Made by a program: the position numbers and the translations under genes
Origin: Octopus bimaculoides
Taxonomy: Eukaryota
Reading direction: 5' to 3'
Assembly: GCF_001194135.2 (NCBI RefSeq)
Contig: NC_068983.1
Location: 84,684,010-84,748,009, forward strand
DNA: 64,000 bases
In this document: positions 40,400 through 52,882 of the stretch, piece after piece
Position numbering within the stretch: the stretch's first letter is position 1
Layout of the letters: every line of letters starts with the position of its first letter
Notes under the pieces: model-generated
Database searches by the model: none
Told to the model about the DNA's origin: nothing
Seen by the model: only the letters and a program-made list of their open reading frames with translations

Positions 40400-41800
40400 A
40401 CAGCTACAATTGTTTTATGAGATATCTAACTGATCTTATGAAATATGGAATTTCAGCAATGAAATTAATGGTATGAAATATGAATATCAACGATGAATTT
40501 AAAACCCAAAGTGTACGCATTACACAATTTAGTTTATTACTACTAGTGTCTATGGTCATATGTACCGGAGTGTACTCGTTGAAGAATCGATCAAATATCA
40601 TGCTTGTTAATGAAGGTGAGAACGCTGAGAACCCTTGCTACACCACTCTCTCTTCAAGAGTTAACCTTGTTGTGAAGTAAGAAACTAATTTTATTACTAT
40701 TTATCAGCTACCGTAGAATAAAAGTAAGCACTCAGTGAACATATTAAAATTTATAGAAGTTTTCGTAGCGTCGACCATCTATAAAGAAAAATTATTAATT
40801 AAAAAAAAGAAATCTGTTCTCAATTGCAGTTGATTTAAAATTGCATAAAACAAAATGGAGGGTACTTAAAAGATGTTATTGCTCTATCATTACTGACAGA
40901 ACAATTTGAAGGTACAATAGCACTGCTTTATTTTGGATGCAACAATCGCATCAAAATGCATGTGCGTGTGTATAAGATATAATAAACGACAAAATAAGAT
41001 TGTATCACAAGTTTTAGGATTAATTCTTGTTGCGAAAACTACTGCCAAAATGTTGCATCAAATCGTGAAATGTTCTTCAGTGATGTGGGAATTAATAATG
41101 AAAAAATTAATTTGCTCTTGCAGCAAACGGAACTTCAAACATCTGTGGTGTTAACAATTCTCTTTACAAGTTGATGAAATTATATAATCCAAACTTGATT
41201 CTCATACAATGCATCTGCCACTCTCTCCATTTACCTTGTTGCCAAGCTGTTAAAGATTTGCATTCTAACATTGACTATCTGTTGAGAAAAACTTATTTGC
41301 AACTGGTTCCACAGATCAACACTGCGAAGGTAATCTTACATGGAAATATATAAATTAATCAACAACAATGATTCCATTTTCAGCCACAAGAAGGTTTAGC
41401 GAGAAATAATTGCATAAAAGGAATTTTTACTTAGTGGAGTGCATTAAAATTATATTTTCTGGCTGTAAAAAGTATAATGCATAGTATTTACTCAGATACA
41501 ACTATTGAACTTAATTTAGCATTTATGAGAACTGTGTTGAGTTGAATCGAAAAAATTAATTTGTTATTCGAGAAAGAAATTGCAATTCACTGTAATGTCT
41601 CAAACAAATTTTCTATCCTCAGTATGTGAATCTTGAAACGAATTTTGATATTGAAACAAATTAACTTCCATGTGCACCCACTCCACAAACACCATCGATT
41701 TTGGATAGAAGTTCTATAGCTTTTGGATTAGTAAAATTTCACCAAAACAACTCCTAAAATGCTGTACAAAAACAGCATCTAAACTTTAAAAGACAGGTTT
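40400..41800 (+). mobile_element. Highly decayed hAT-superfamily transposase (ZNF862-like type)
   Basis: Frameshifted LKLHKTK..., KCMCVCIRY...IVSQVLGLI..TTAKMLH and PNLILIQCICHSLHL.C..A...L...IDYLL (the hAT CxxH motif). Confidence 0.72.
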
Positions 41801-41834
41801 GTAAAGAACTTTTGAACCGTGTGCTTAAAAATAT

Positions 41835-42000
41835 TAGTTTCAACCTTTGGCACAAGGCCAGCAACTTCGAGGGAGATGGTAAGTCGATTACATCGTCCCC
41901 AGTATTAAACTAGCACTTACTTTATTGTGCCTCGACAGGATGAAAGGCGAAATCAGCTGAATTTGAACTCAAAACGTAGAAACAGAACGGATGTTAAGCT
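41835..42000 (-). mobile_element. SINE copy
   Basis: ggcacaaggccagcaacttcg...aagtcgattacatcg.ccccagt...ggatgaaaggc...gaatttgaactcaaaacgta is the antisense of the 3172 family. Confidence 0.8.
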
Positions 42001-43266
42001 TATGTTCCTAGGAATATTGAAACCCTTTTAAAAGATTTTAAGTTTATATGTAAGAGTTTCAGCCATACATAATCATCTTTTGAAGCTGCCCTTTCTAGTT
42101 TTGCGCAGGTCAATCTAAAACGGACAACGTAGAGAACCAGTGGCACAAACTGCTAACTTTTCATTGGAGAAGATTATTTCCCGAAGAAATCCCTATAGAC
42201 ATGTCAGAAATTTAGTGTTAAGCGGAAACACTTAAGACTGCAGCTGATGAACTACAATTATCAGCTCTGTTTAGTAAAACAGTTGTGAAGAGGAAAGTCA
42301 AATCGTTGTTACGTTAAAATTTTAATTATTAACACTTAATTTCTTATTGAAGATCAAATTAAAGTATCAACTAAGTAAATTAGAACCAACCTACAAGTAA
42401 GTCATATACATACATACATACATACATACATACATACATACATACATACATTGGTTTAGAATTTATTACCAGGAATCAATAATTTGTAATAGTTGATTGT
42501 TTATAATTAATAATATTATGGGGGTTTTCTCCTTTAGACGGACTTTTATTTAAGGAGGAATTTGAATATGAATCAGACTTAGAGATTATATTTTGGTGTT
42601 TACTTTTTACTTTTTACCCTGAGGATGTGTAAGGTAATTTACTTATTTAACTTGAATTGACAGTTAAATATAACCTTATACAGAAATGTTGACATAGGTA
42701 ATAAACTTCAATAATAATGGATATTAGCGTCAAAACTCTCATTTAAATTTTTNNNNNNNNNNNNNNNNNNNNNNNNNNNNNNNNNNNNNNNNNNNNNNNN
42801 NNNNNNNNNNNNNNNNNNNNNNNNNNNNNNNNNNNNNNNNNNNNNNNNNNNNNNNNNNNNNNNNNNNNNNNNNNNNNNNNNNNNNNNNNNNNNNNNNNNN
42901 NNNNNNNNNNNNNNNNNNNNNNNNNNNNNNNNNNNNNNNNNNNNNNNNNNNNNNNNNNNNNNNNNNNNNNNNNNNNNNNNNNNNNNNNNNNNNNNNNNNN
43001 NNNNNNNNNNNNNNNNNNNNNNNNNNNNNNNNNNNNNNNNNNNNNNNNNNNNNNNNNNNNNNNNNNNNNNNNNNNNNNNNNNNNNNNNNNNNNNNNNNNN
43101 NNNNNNNNNNNNNNNNNNNNNNNNNNNNNNNNNNNNNNNNNNNNNNNNNNNNNNNNNNNNNNNNNNNNNNNNNNNNNNNNNNNNNNNNNNNNNNNNNNNN
43201 NNNNNNNNNNNNNNNNNNNNNNNNNNNNNNNNNNNNNNNNNNNNNNNNNNNNNNNNNNNNNNNNNN

Positions 43267-43335
<69 letters not shown>

Positions 43336-43559
43336 ACACATGTATGAATACGTGTATGTGTGTGTGGATGTGTATATATGTATATAAGTATGTGTATTTA
43401 TCTTGCAAAACTTTCGTTTGGAGTTACTCTCTAACACAACTCGTTACTTTCTAAAAACTTTATCGCGTTACTTTTAATGAATTTGATTTGACAGCTCTGA
43501 TCCTAGATATACAAAAATCCAGGATTTTCATGGGTGGAACAGATATGAGCATAGTTTTG

Positions 43560-43835
43560 CGGGATCATACCCAGGCTCGGTTCTAAACAAGAATTTTATG
43601 AACACAGATGGAGTTTTAACATGTCAAAGAGAGACCCTTCATGCGGTTACTTGAACTAGAAATAGCAGTTGAATATTCCCTAAATTCACATCCTAGCGTA
43701 TTGAAGTATGAAGGCAGCATAGAGTAATCCTGAGTACATTATACCTGTAAAGAAAATGGCGGGATAATTACGGTTTGAGTGAATTTGATCATAACCTGAT
43801 TAATCAGGCCTGACTTGGAACTAAACAATAACAAT
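43560..43835 (+). mobile_element. Old SINE-like repeat copy
   Basis: ctagaaatagcagttgaatattccc...tttgatcataacctg...ctgacttggaactaaacaataacaat. Confidence 0.5.
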
Positions 43836-45024
43836 CACAAAAACAACATAAGAATAAACATAATCTCATATGGTTTCATCAATAAATCAGTAACTTGATT
43901 TGTTTCAATATGTTCAATATATTAGATTTCTCTAATCCTCTGATGAACATAACGATTTCGTGATCCCATTGGAATACTATTTCGTTGACAACCCTATGTG
44001 CAATGGAGGATTTGGATACATCAGTACAAAAGTAAAAAATTTTCACTTGTTTTGTAGTGTTGTAGAATTAACAGTGTTAGATTATATTTGCAGCCAACAT
44101 CTAGATGACCACAGCCCATCTAGCTACCGTGGCTGGATGGGTTCTGGTAGCTAGTTAAAAGTTCTTTTGTTAAAGAAAAATCGCATTACAAAGGTCTGGC
44201 AAGGATATGAACCACCAATCATTCAGCTAATGATCTAATAACTTTGGTTTCTCAGATTCATTTATATGCGGAGTAATGCCATAGAAAATAGTACACTGTC
44301 ACGTCGAGGAAATCTGGATTTGCAGGTTCATTTGTAGCACAAATAGTACTTAAAAATAAGCGGTGTCGACTGTTTCAGTTTCAACAGAAAGGACAGTGAT
44401 GCGGAGAGAGATATGTGAAGTAAGTCACTTGGAATATAAAACAGCACTGGAAATACGATGTTTTTGAGATCACCACTATACTACAGCGCAAATAAAGAGC
44501 TTCATATTAACATTTTAGTGCGAGAAGATAGACAGCACTGAAAATCATTACAGGGTCTTCCAGACTAGTCAGTTGGTTGATGTTCAGTTTGAACCTCTGG
44601 AAGTAATATTCCTCCCCACTAGGGACAATATAGAAGATAGTGTGTTCCAGAATACAGTTCTGGGAATAAAAGTATGGAAAAAATATTTAATGTGCTTTGA
44701 GAAGTGAGGAGCAATAGGGCGGCAACAGCCACTATTTCGGGTAAAAAAATATAGTGGTATTTATGTCCATCTCGAGCGCATTAGTGGACGTAAGTGGAGT
44801 AAAAATGTTTTGACTTAGAATCATCAATTGATCGTCAGTTCAGTTTACAAGACCGTCTCCTACTATATGATGCACGTCGCAATAATAAATGCTAAAAATT
44901 GCGACATTATGTATAAAGAAAGGCTAAAAACTTTGCCGTCTAATGTTACATGTGTTGCATAATCAAAATGTTGGCTATTCTATTAGCGAAAACCTTGCAA
45001 CAGAGAAGATAGAAAGAGAGAAAG

Positions 45025-45059
<35 letters not shown>

Positions 45060-45649
45060 NNNNNNNNNNNNNNNNNNNNNNNNNNNNNNNNNNNNNNNNN
45101 NNNNNNNNNNNNNNNNNNNNNNNNNNNNNNNNNNNNNNNNNNNNNNNNNNNNNNNNNNNNNNNNNNNNNNNNNNNNNNNNNNNNNNNNNNNNNNNNNNNN
45201 NNNNNNNNNNNNNNNNNNNNNNNNNNNNNNNNNNNNNNNNNNNNNNNNNNNNNNNNNNNNNNNNNNNNNNNNNNNNNNNNNNNNNNNNNNNNNNNNNNNN
45301 NNNNNNNNNNNNNNNNNNNNNNNNNNNNNNNNNNNNNNNNNNNNNNNNNNNNNNNNNNNNNNNNNNNNNNNNNNNNNNNNNNNNNNNNNNNNNNNNNNNN
45401 NNNNNNNNNNNNNNNNNNNNNNNNNNNNNNNNNNNNNNNNNNNNNNNNNNNNNNNNNNNNNNNNNNNNNNNNNNNNNNNNNNNNNNNNNNNNNNNNNNNN
45501 NNNNNNNNNNNNNNNNNNNNNNNNNNNNNNNNNNNNNNNNNNNNNNNNNNNNNNNNNNNNNNNNNNNNNNNNNNNNNNNNNNNNNNNNNNNNNNNNNNNN
45601 NNNNNNNNNNNNNNNNNNNNNNNNNNNNNNNNNNNNNNNNNNNNNNNNN

Positions 45650-45706
<57 letters not shown>

Positions 45707-46945
45707 GTGATATACTATTGACGTAAGCTGTATTGAATTATCCTATAGAAAGAAATTATATTCTATGTAAAAGGATCATGCTTATCCATTATAAAGCAAT
45801 TACTGAACGACATTGATTATAGATTGTAACGAAATATCCAGGTGTTAATGTGAGAGAAAATGTAGTAGATTAGAAGGAAATATTGTAAACATCAAGCTGG
45901 TGTAAAAACTAGTATTCACGTAGGCATCAGGTATAGAGTCAACGTCAACGCTGATATTGGCATCAACCTAACTAAGTTTATTCTTCGAAATTGTGCTCGA
46001 TGAATATATATATATATATATACACNNNNNNNNNNNNNNNNNNNNNNNNNNNNNNNNNNNNNNNNNNNNNNNNNNNNNNNNNNNNNNNNNNNNNNNNNNN
46101 NNNNNNNNNNNNNNNNNNNNNNNNNNNNNNNNNNNNNNNNNNNNNNNNNNNNNNNNNNNNNNNNNNNNNNNNNNNNNNNNNNNNNNNNNNNNNNNNNNNN
46201 NNNNNNNNNNNNNNNNNNNNNNNNNNNNNNNNNNNNNNNNNNNNNNNNNNNNNNNNNNNNNNNNNNNNNNNNNNNNNNNNNNNNNNNNNNNNNNNNNNNN
46301 NNNNNNNNNNNNNNNNNNNNNNNNNNNNNNNNNNNNNNNNNNNNNNNNNNNNNNNNNNNNNNNNNNNNNNNNNNNNNNNNNNNNNNNNNNNNNNNNNNNN
46401 NNNNNNNNNNNNNNNNNNNNNNNNNNNNNNNNNNNNNNNNNNNNNNNNNNNNNNNNNNNNNNNNNNNNNNNNNNNNNNNNNNNNNNNNNNNNNNNNNNNN
46501 NNNNNNNNNNNNNNNNNNNNNNNNNNNNNNNNNNNNNNNNNNNNNNNNNNNNNNNNNNNNNNNNNNNNNNNNNNNNNNNNNNNNNNNNNNNNNNNNNNNN
46601 NNNNNNNNNNNNNNNNNNNNNNNNNNNNNNNNNNNNNNNNNNNNNNNNNNNNNNNNNNNNNNNNNNNNNNNNNNNNNNNNNNNNNNNNNNNNNNNNNNNN
46701 NNNNNNNNNNNNNNNNNNNNNNNNNNNNNNNNNNNNNNNNNNNNNNNNNNNNNNNNNNNNNNNNNNNNNNNNNNNNNNNNNNNNNNNNNNNNNNNNNNNN
46801 NNNNNNNNNNNNNNNNNNNNNNNNNNNNNNNNNNNNNNNNNNNNNNNNNNNNNNNNNNNNNNNNNNNNNNNNNNNNNNNNNNNNNNNNNNNNNNNNNNNN
46901 NNNNNNNNNNNNNNNNNNNNNNNNNNNNNNNNNNNNNNNNNNNNN

Positions 46946-47466
46946 GGTAAACAGTATAGACAGTAAACATGGATGATGTAGTTTTAAAATTTCTTTCTAT
47001 CCGTAAGTTATCAGAGGAAGTACAGATTAGTTATGGTTCAGTTCAATCCATTATCATTGACGATTTAGGTATGAGATGCGTGTCTGCCAAGCTTGTGCCA
47101 AAACTGCTTTCAGCTGACCAAAATGACATTCGGGTTTCAGCTGCACAAGATCTCCTTGATTGTGTCGAGAACGATGAAAACTTATTGAAAACTTTGCGTA
47201 GGCCTCTGAGCAGCTACCGCCAAGCTTTTGGCAAATTTTGATGCAGATTCTCTGCTCAACTTTTTCTGTCATGGTCAATGCGACGATCACACGCTACACA
47301 CCTTCCTTCCAAGCACTGCTGTAAACAGCAGAAGTGAGCTAGAACGTTAAAACTTAGTGCGCATTCACTGCAGAATTTCAAGTCAATCTGTGCCAAGCGG
47401 CTTTACTCTGAGTGCTTTAACTTCGTTACTATAGCAACAGTCCGGATACTTAATGATCAGAACACG
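46946..47466. mobile_element. Rearranged mariner remnant: TIR and N-terminus on -, adjacent HTH segment on +
   Basis: Minus: MTEKVEQRICIKICQKLG and a TIR-like end (ta)cgtgttctgatcattaagtatccggact ending at 47466. Plus: SIRKLSEEVQISYGSVQSII.DDLGMRCVSAKLVPKLLS. Confidence 0.85.
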
Positions 47467-47911
47467 TAGACACACACTTTAAACTTGAACATATCAAAAC
47501 TATTTTGAGCATTAAAGTACATAGTAATAAATTATATAGCACTAGCTATTTACACTCATATACCACTCTGTATTATACTAACAATCCAAAGAAAATGAGT
47601 CTTTGATAACCTGTTAAATATAGCAGTCGAATCTTCAAATCATAACCTAACATCTTAAAATATGCAGGATACTTTCCAGATACAGTATGTCTGAAAGTGG
47701 TTGTGTTAGCTGGAATGTCTTTGATCGTAAACCTCGATGATCATCTTGATTAGCAATAATATTAATACGCCAACTTGTTCATTTTGTACGTACGTCCGGG
47801 GTGTGTGTCACGCTTACTTCAAAAGAAGAAGTAAGTGGCAAAGCGAAAAAGAGAGGAGGACAGAGAGGAAGTAAGAGAGAAAGAGAGAGAGAGAGAGAGA
47901 GNNNNNNNNNN

Positions 47912-47951
<40 letters not shown>

Positions 47952-48439
47952 TAAGAGAGAAAGAGATAGTGAATGGTGACGGCGTTCGTTTTGTATTTTG
48001 AAGTGTTTATCACATCGCAAGAAAAGTAGATACATAGGTTTAAAGAAAAGGTCATGCATAGATACATATACACATTGTTAAATTAAAAGCGGGAGACAGG
48101 AGGGACAGAAAGAAAGTGAAAGAGAAAGAGAGAAAATGAGAGAGACTGTAGATATGCCTAATCACCTTCTTTCATAGTTCTTCATGTCTTTTAGTTGGGT
48201 GGGGGAGGGGGAAGACCATATTTTTTTCAGGCACGTTTAACGTTTTCTCTACAAACTACAAACGAGCCCCACTCCCTTTTTTTTCATACAAAATCTAATG
48301 CAAATTTCGAACGGGATATACCTGTGAAAAGAGCCCAGAAAATTGGGTAACATCCACTAGAAAATGGGTGGGGGAGAAATGTTGCCAACAGGTGGCAACA
48401 CGAAATTCAAATCTATTTAAAGAGTGTCTTCTAATATAA

Positions 48440-48505
48440 CCTCGGGTCGACCAAAGTCTCGTGAGTGAATTTTGTAAACAGAAACTGAAAGAAGCCCGTC
48501 ATATA
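48440..48505 (+). mobile_element. SINE tail fragment
   Basis: ctcgggtcgaccaaagtctcgtgagtg...gaaactgaaagaagcccgtc(at)n; the same tail appears truncated at about 25985-26000. Confidence 0.6.
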
Positions 48506-49105
48506 TATATACACACACACACACACGAATCCTAGAACCGTATTTCGTGAAATACTTCTTCAACGAAATTCAGAATCCGTATATGGGCAGTAATTTTCAA
48601 CTAATGAGAGATCAATAATTTCTCATGTTCGGGCAAACGAACCCACGTTCTCTCGCCGCCTCTTATGAGTTTGCTACAATAAGAGCAATAATACCTTTGA
48701 TAAGGTTGTTGAGAAAATGGTTAGCCCTTGCAAGATTTTTAGGAACTGTCTGCACTTTCAATTATTATGTTTTCACTATAACTTCTACAAGCTGACGTAT
48801 TATGATAAAATTTTTACTTCCAGATAGGACTAGATTGGAAGTCGACTTGCAATATTTCCAGATGTCCTAAGCCCGATCGCACAAACTCATCTAAGTTTAG
48901 ATCCATGAAATTTGCTTAATCAGGATACTTTATAAATTGCATTGTTTTTTCAGAACTGACACGTCTTAGAAAACTGCTCAATCACAGTCCTTAGAACTTC
49001 TATAAATACTTTTGTATGATTCTTAAATGCTTTTTTCAAAAAGTTTATTAACTCTTGTGAATTACTTGAAGCGTTTCCTTTCTAAATCATGTCTCAACAC
49101 TCTTA

Positions 49106-49872
49106 CGAGGATCAGCTGAAAAGTTCATAGGCTGACTAAGAAGGAGTTATCATACAGTAATTAAACTTGGCATGCATTAAATTCAACCTTTCCTGATGCT
49201 AAATGCATTTTTGTCTTTCCAGATAAACCCACAATGAATACAGAATTGATGACTTGGAAAAGTGGCACTAGAGACATTTCGTGAAAACGGATAAAATTTG
49301 GCACCGTGGTGTTATCAAACATCTGCAGAAAAAGGGGTTAGCCCCCAAGGACATTCATGCTGACATAGTTTCTACATTAGTGGATGATGCTCCAGTTTTA
49401 TCAACTGTGCAAAAGTGGGCCTCTGAATTCAATAGGGGTAGGGAGAATCTTGAAGATAACTCAAGGTCCTGCCACAGCCACCACCCAAGAAAACATCGAC
49501 CGTGTTCACCACATGGTGATGGATGACAGACGTTTAAATGTTGATTAGACGAAGGGGGCCCTACTTCACCAGGACAATGCTCCTGCACACAAGTCTATGG
49601 TTGCAATGGTTGCTGTGCATATTCTCCTGATTTGGCACCATGAAAAAACACTTGGCTGGGAAGCAGTATCGGACCGATGATGAGGTCATATCTGCTGTTG
49701 ACTTTTTTGAGGGTCAGGATGAGAGCTTCTATACCACGGGAATCCAAGCGTTGCAACACCGATGGAAGAAGGGTATGGACCGCAGGGGAGACTATGTCGA
49801 AAAATAAAACACATTTGGTCGAGTTCGACCATTGCATCAAGGTCAGCCTATGAACTTTTCAGCCCACCCTCG
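49106..49872 (+). mobile_element. Internally deleted mariner element with both TIRs and TA target-site duplication
   Basis: Left TIR cgaggatcagctgaaaagttcataggctgac; right TIR (reverse complement) cgagggtgggctgaaaagttcataggctgac; TA at 49104-49105 and 49873-49874. HTH ORF 49281..49526, then FHQDNAPAH and the C-terminal GIQALQHRWKK...GDYVEK. Confidence 0.95.
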
Positions 49873-52161
49873 TACACAGGTCAAATACCACATGAATAGA
49901 TATAACCGAATCTAGCAGTTTAATATTAGATTAACTCAGATGCAATAGAAAATCTGTGAAAAACGTTAGTTTACTTGACCAAACAAAATCGTTTAACTGT
50001 AAAAAATCATGCTTTATGTTTTACATATCTAAAGACAGTTTACTTGAATTCTGCTCAACATTCAACGAATCGCTCAAGTACTTGACCACAGTTCAAATAC
50101 CGTACATTATTGTAGATTGATAAATCGTTGTTAGTAGATTAAACTTCTTTTGAAAGTAAATTAAATTTCCGCTTATGCAAAAATTGTTGCAGTTATCAAA
50201 TTGTTACAACTCTCATCTCATCATTGAATCTTTAACGCTTGCTTTCCCTAAAAAAAAACCCTCCTTGATGTATAGTACAATGGCAACAAAGAAAACGAGT
50301 GCCTACTGATTCAGTAAATTACTTTGCAAACACCTATCGGTCTACTGTATTAGTGGCATCAACAGACGTTGCCGAAACTATTAAAAAAATATATACGTGT
50401 ATGCCTTTCACGAAATATTGCAGCATAAAAGTCATTTGTGTCTTTTCCTGACGCATTTAGAAGTAGGTTCTCTGACTTAATCAACTTCTTATGAATAAAA
50501 TTCCCTGAAAAATATCATAATAATCGAACTGATGGCATAAAATCAATGCTATTTTCAAGATATACAGAAATGTCGCAGTTATTGAATTGTGTTTGAATTT
50601 GACTTTCTGTTACTATTCATTTTGATGACTGACTTTAAGGGTTTTTCTGTTTATTGGTAACCCATTCACACGTTTTACAATAGCATGCTTATTACGAAAG
50701 CCGTCAAATATAAATGGTGCACACTTTACGGCAGTTTTTTTAGCAAACTCTCCGTTTGCGATCAACAATAGTGAACGAAATAATATAAATTGCAGCAGCT
50801 AAATGGAAAGATCCCGTCAAAAATTCTTTGATTAAGAATGATTCCGCTTTGGCTACTTAGTGGTCATCAAGAGTTTTTTCTTTGATCGATTGGTGCTTGA
50901 GTTAAAAATGCCTTTTTATATTCCAAATTCTTACACAACTAGCTCCTCTCAAAACACCGATAATTTTATTACCCTTACCAACAATGCCATACTGTTCAGT
51001 CCGCCAGTCTTAATAAGTTTCATATTAGTAGCTGATGCCATTATGATTATGTTCAGTAAATAAGAAAACAACATTGACAAAACATGAATTAAAATCATGT
51101 GCTTCTAATATCGCGTTAGCATCCGTGTGAGCTATTGATGAATTGCTAATCCAGTAATTGGGGTTGTATTATAAACAGAAATAATATTAAATATTACTGA
51201 AAAATATAATTTTGGGGACTATTACACTTTTAAAATTCTTAAAAGGTTTGTAATTAGACATAGCAGAAAGAATTTTTCGAAAGTCCATTGGCTCTCATCC
51301 TAAAAGAAAACCTGCGTCCTGTCATTACTGAAACCCGTGCCAGCGGTCATGTCATCGTTTGAGTAGGTCCATATAATTTCACTTGCATCTTTATTGCTCT
51401 TTATAGACACCACTGAAAGTTTTTGTTTCGGGGTCTATCCGAGGACGCTATACGAACTTGGAAGGACTCAGTTATGAAAAGGATAGATTATTCATTGAAA
51501 GATGCTACTGTGTTGTCATCAGTTACGAGCAATTTTTCTGTATATAGAGCCTAAAAACATTTTGGTCCTATGAAATTTCGGGTTGGAGTGGGCAATTAAA
51601 GAAAGTAGAAAGGGAACAAAAAAGTGGTTAAAACAACGACAACAATAACTCGAAAGCTGCTCGTAAGATAATTATCGGTTTGTAGTAATGAAACCTTTCT
51701 TTGAATATTTAGTTAGTAGAAAGAAGCTTGAAAAAAAAAAAAGCATAAATAATCACCTGTATTTGTAAAAGGTTAAATGTTTTTCTGACATCTAACCTTT
51801 ACGAAATAACGTTTTCGGCTGGAGAATTCTTTTTATGAATTAGGTTCATAGAATACACGAATAGTTGGTTACAATTAAACATTATTGTTTATCATATAAA
51901 CTACAGCACTTACAATGATTCTAGGTTCTTGTCTTTGGGAAGAAAATTATGCAAACGACCGGATAAAGAACAAAGCATAGCTGAGCCAATTTGCTTTATA
52001 ATTAGAAATATACTGAAATAATTGTAATTGTACTTATTTCTCCCTAAGAATTTCCATCAAAAGTTCAAGAAAAGCCATCATTTGAAAACGAGTAAAAATA
52101 AAGACGACATCGGAAATGTCAAATGTTTATAAATATATATATATATATATATACACACACA

Positions 52162-52216
<55 letters not shown>

Positions 52217-52333
52217 TTGTATTATGTATATATATGCATACACATACATGCATATATTTATGCACATGCATATATGTATATATATATATATATACACATA
52301 TATGTACATATATGCACACATATATACATGCAT

Positions 52334-52647
52334 GGCGCATGGCTCAGTGGTTAGAGCGTCGAACTTACGACCGTGAGGTTGGGAGTTCGAATCCCGGACC
52401 GGGCTGCGTGTTGTGTTCTTGAGCAAGACACTTTATTTCACATTGCTCCAGTTCATTCAGCTGTAGAAATGAGTTGCGACGTCACTGGTGCCAAGCTGTA
52501 TCGACCTTTGCCTTTCCCTTGGGTGACATCGGTAGCGTGAAGAGGGGACTGGTGGTCTTCCATAAACAACCTTGCCCCGACTTGCGCCTCGGAGGGTAAC
52601 TTTCTAGGTGCAATCCCATGGTCATTCGTGACCGAAGGGGGTCTCCG
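52334..52647 (+). mobile_element. Near full-length tRNA-derived SINE with intact A and B boxes
   Basis: A box TGGCTCAGTGG (52340-52350), B box GTTCGAATCC (52385-52394), body tgttcttgagcaagacact, tail cattcgtgaccgaagggggtc. Confidence 0.88.
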
Positions 52648-52694
52648 ACATGTTTATATATATAGACATATATGCATTTATATGTATATGTATA

Positions 52695-52725
<31 letters not shown>

Positions 52726-52832
52726 NNNNNNNNNNNNNNNNNNNNNNNNNNNNNNNNNNNNNNNNNNNNNNNNNNNNNNNNNNNNNNNNNNNNNNNNNNN
52801 NNNNNNNNNNNNNNNNNNNNNNNNNNNNNNNN

Positions 52833-52882
<50 letters not shown>

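Noticed and set aside
52334-52405. Possible tRNA gene
   Set aside because: It has A and B boxes but no pairing acceptor stem and continues into a SINE body, so it is a SINE head. The same applies to 19799, 35861 and 39770.
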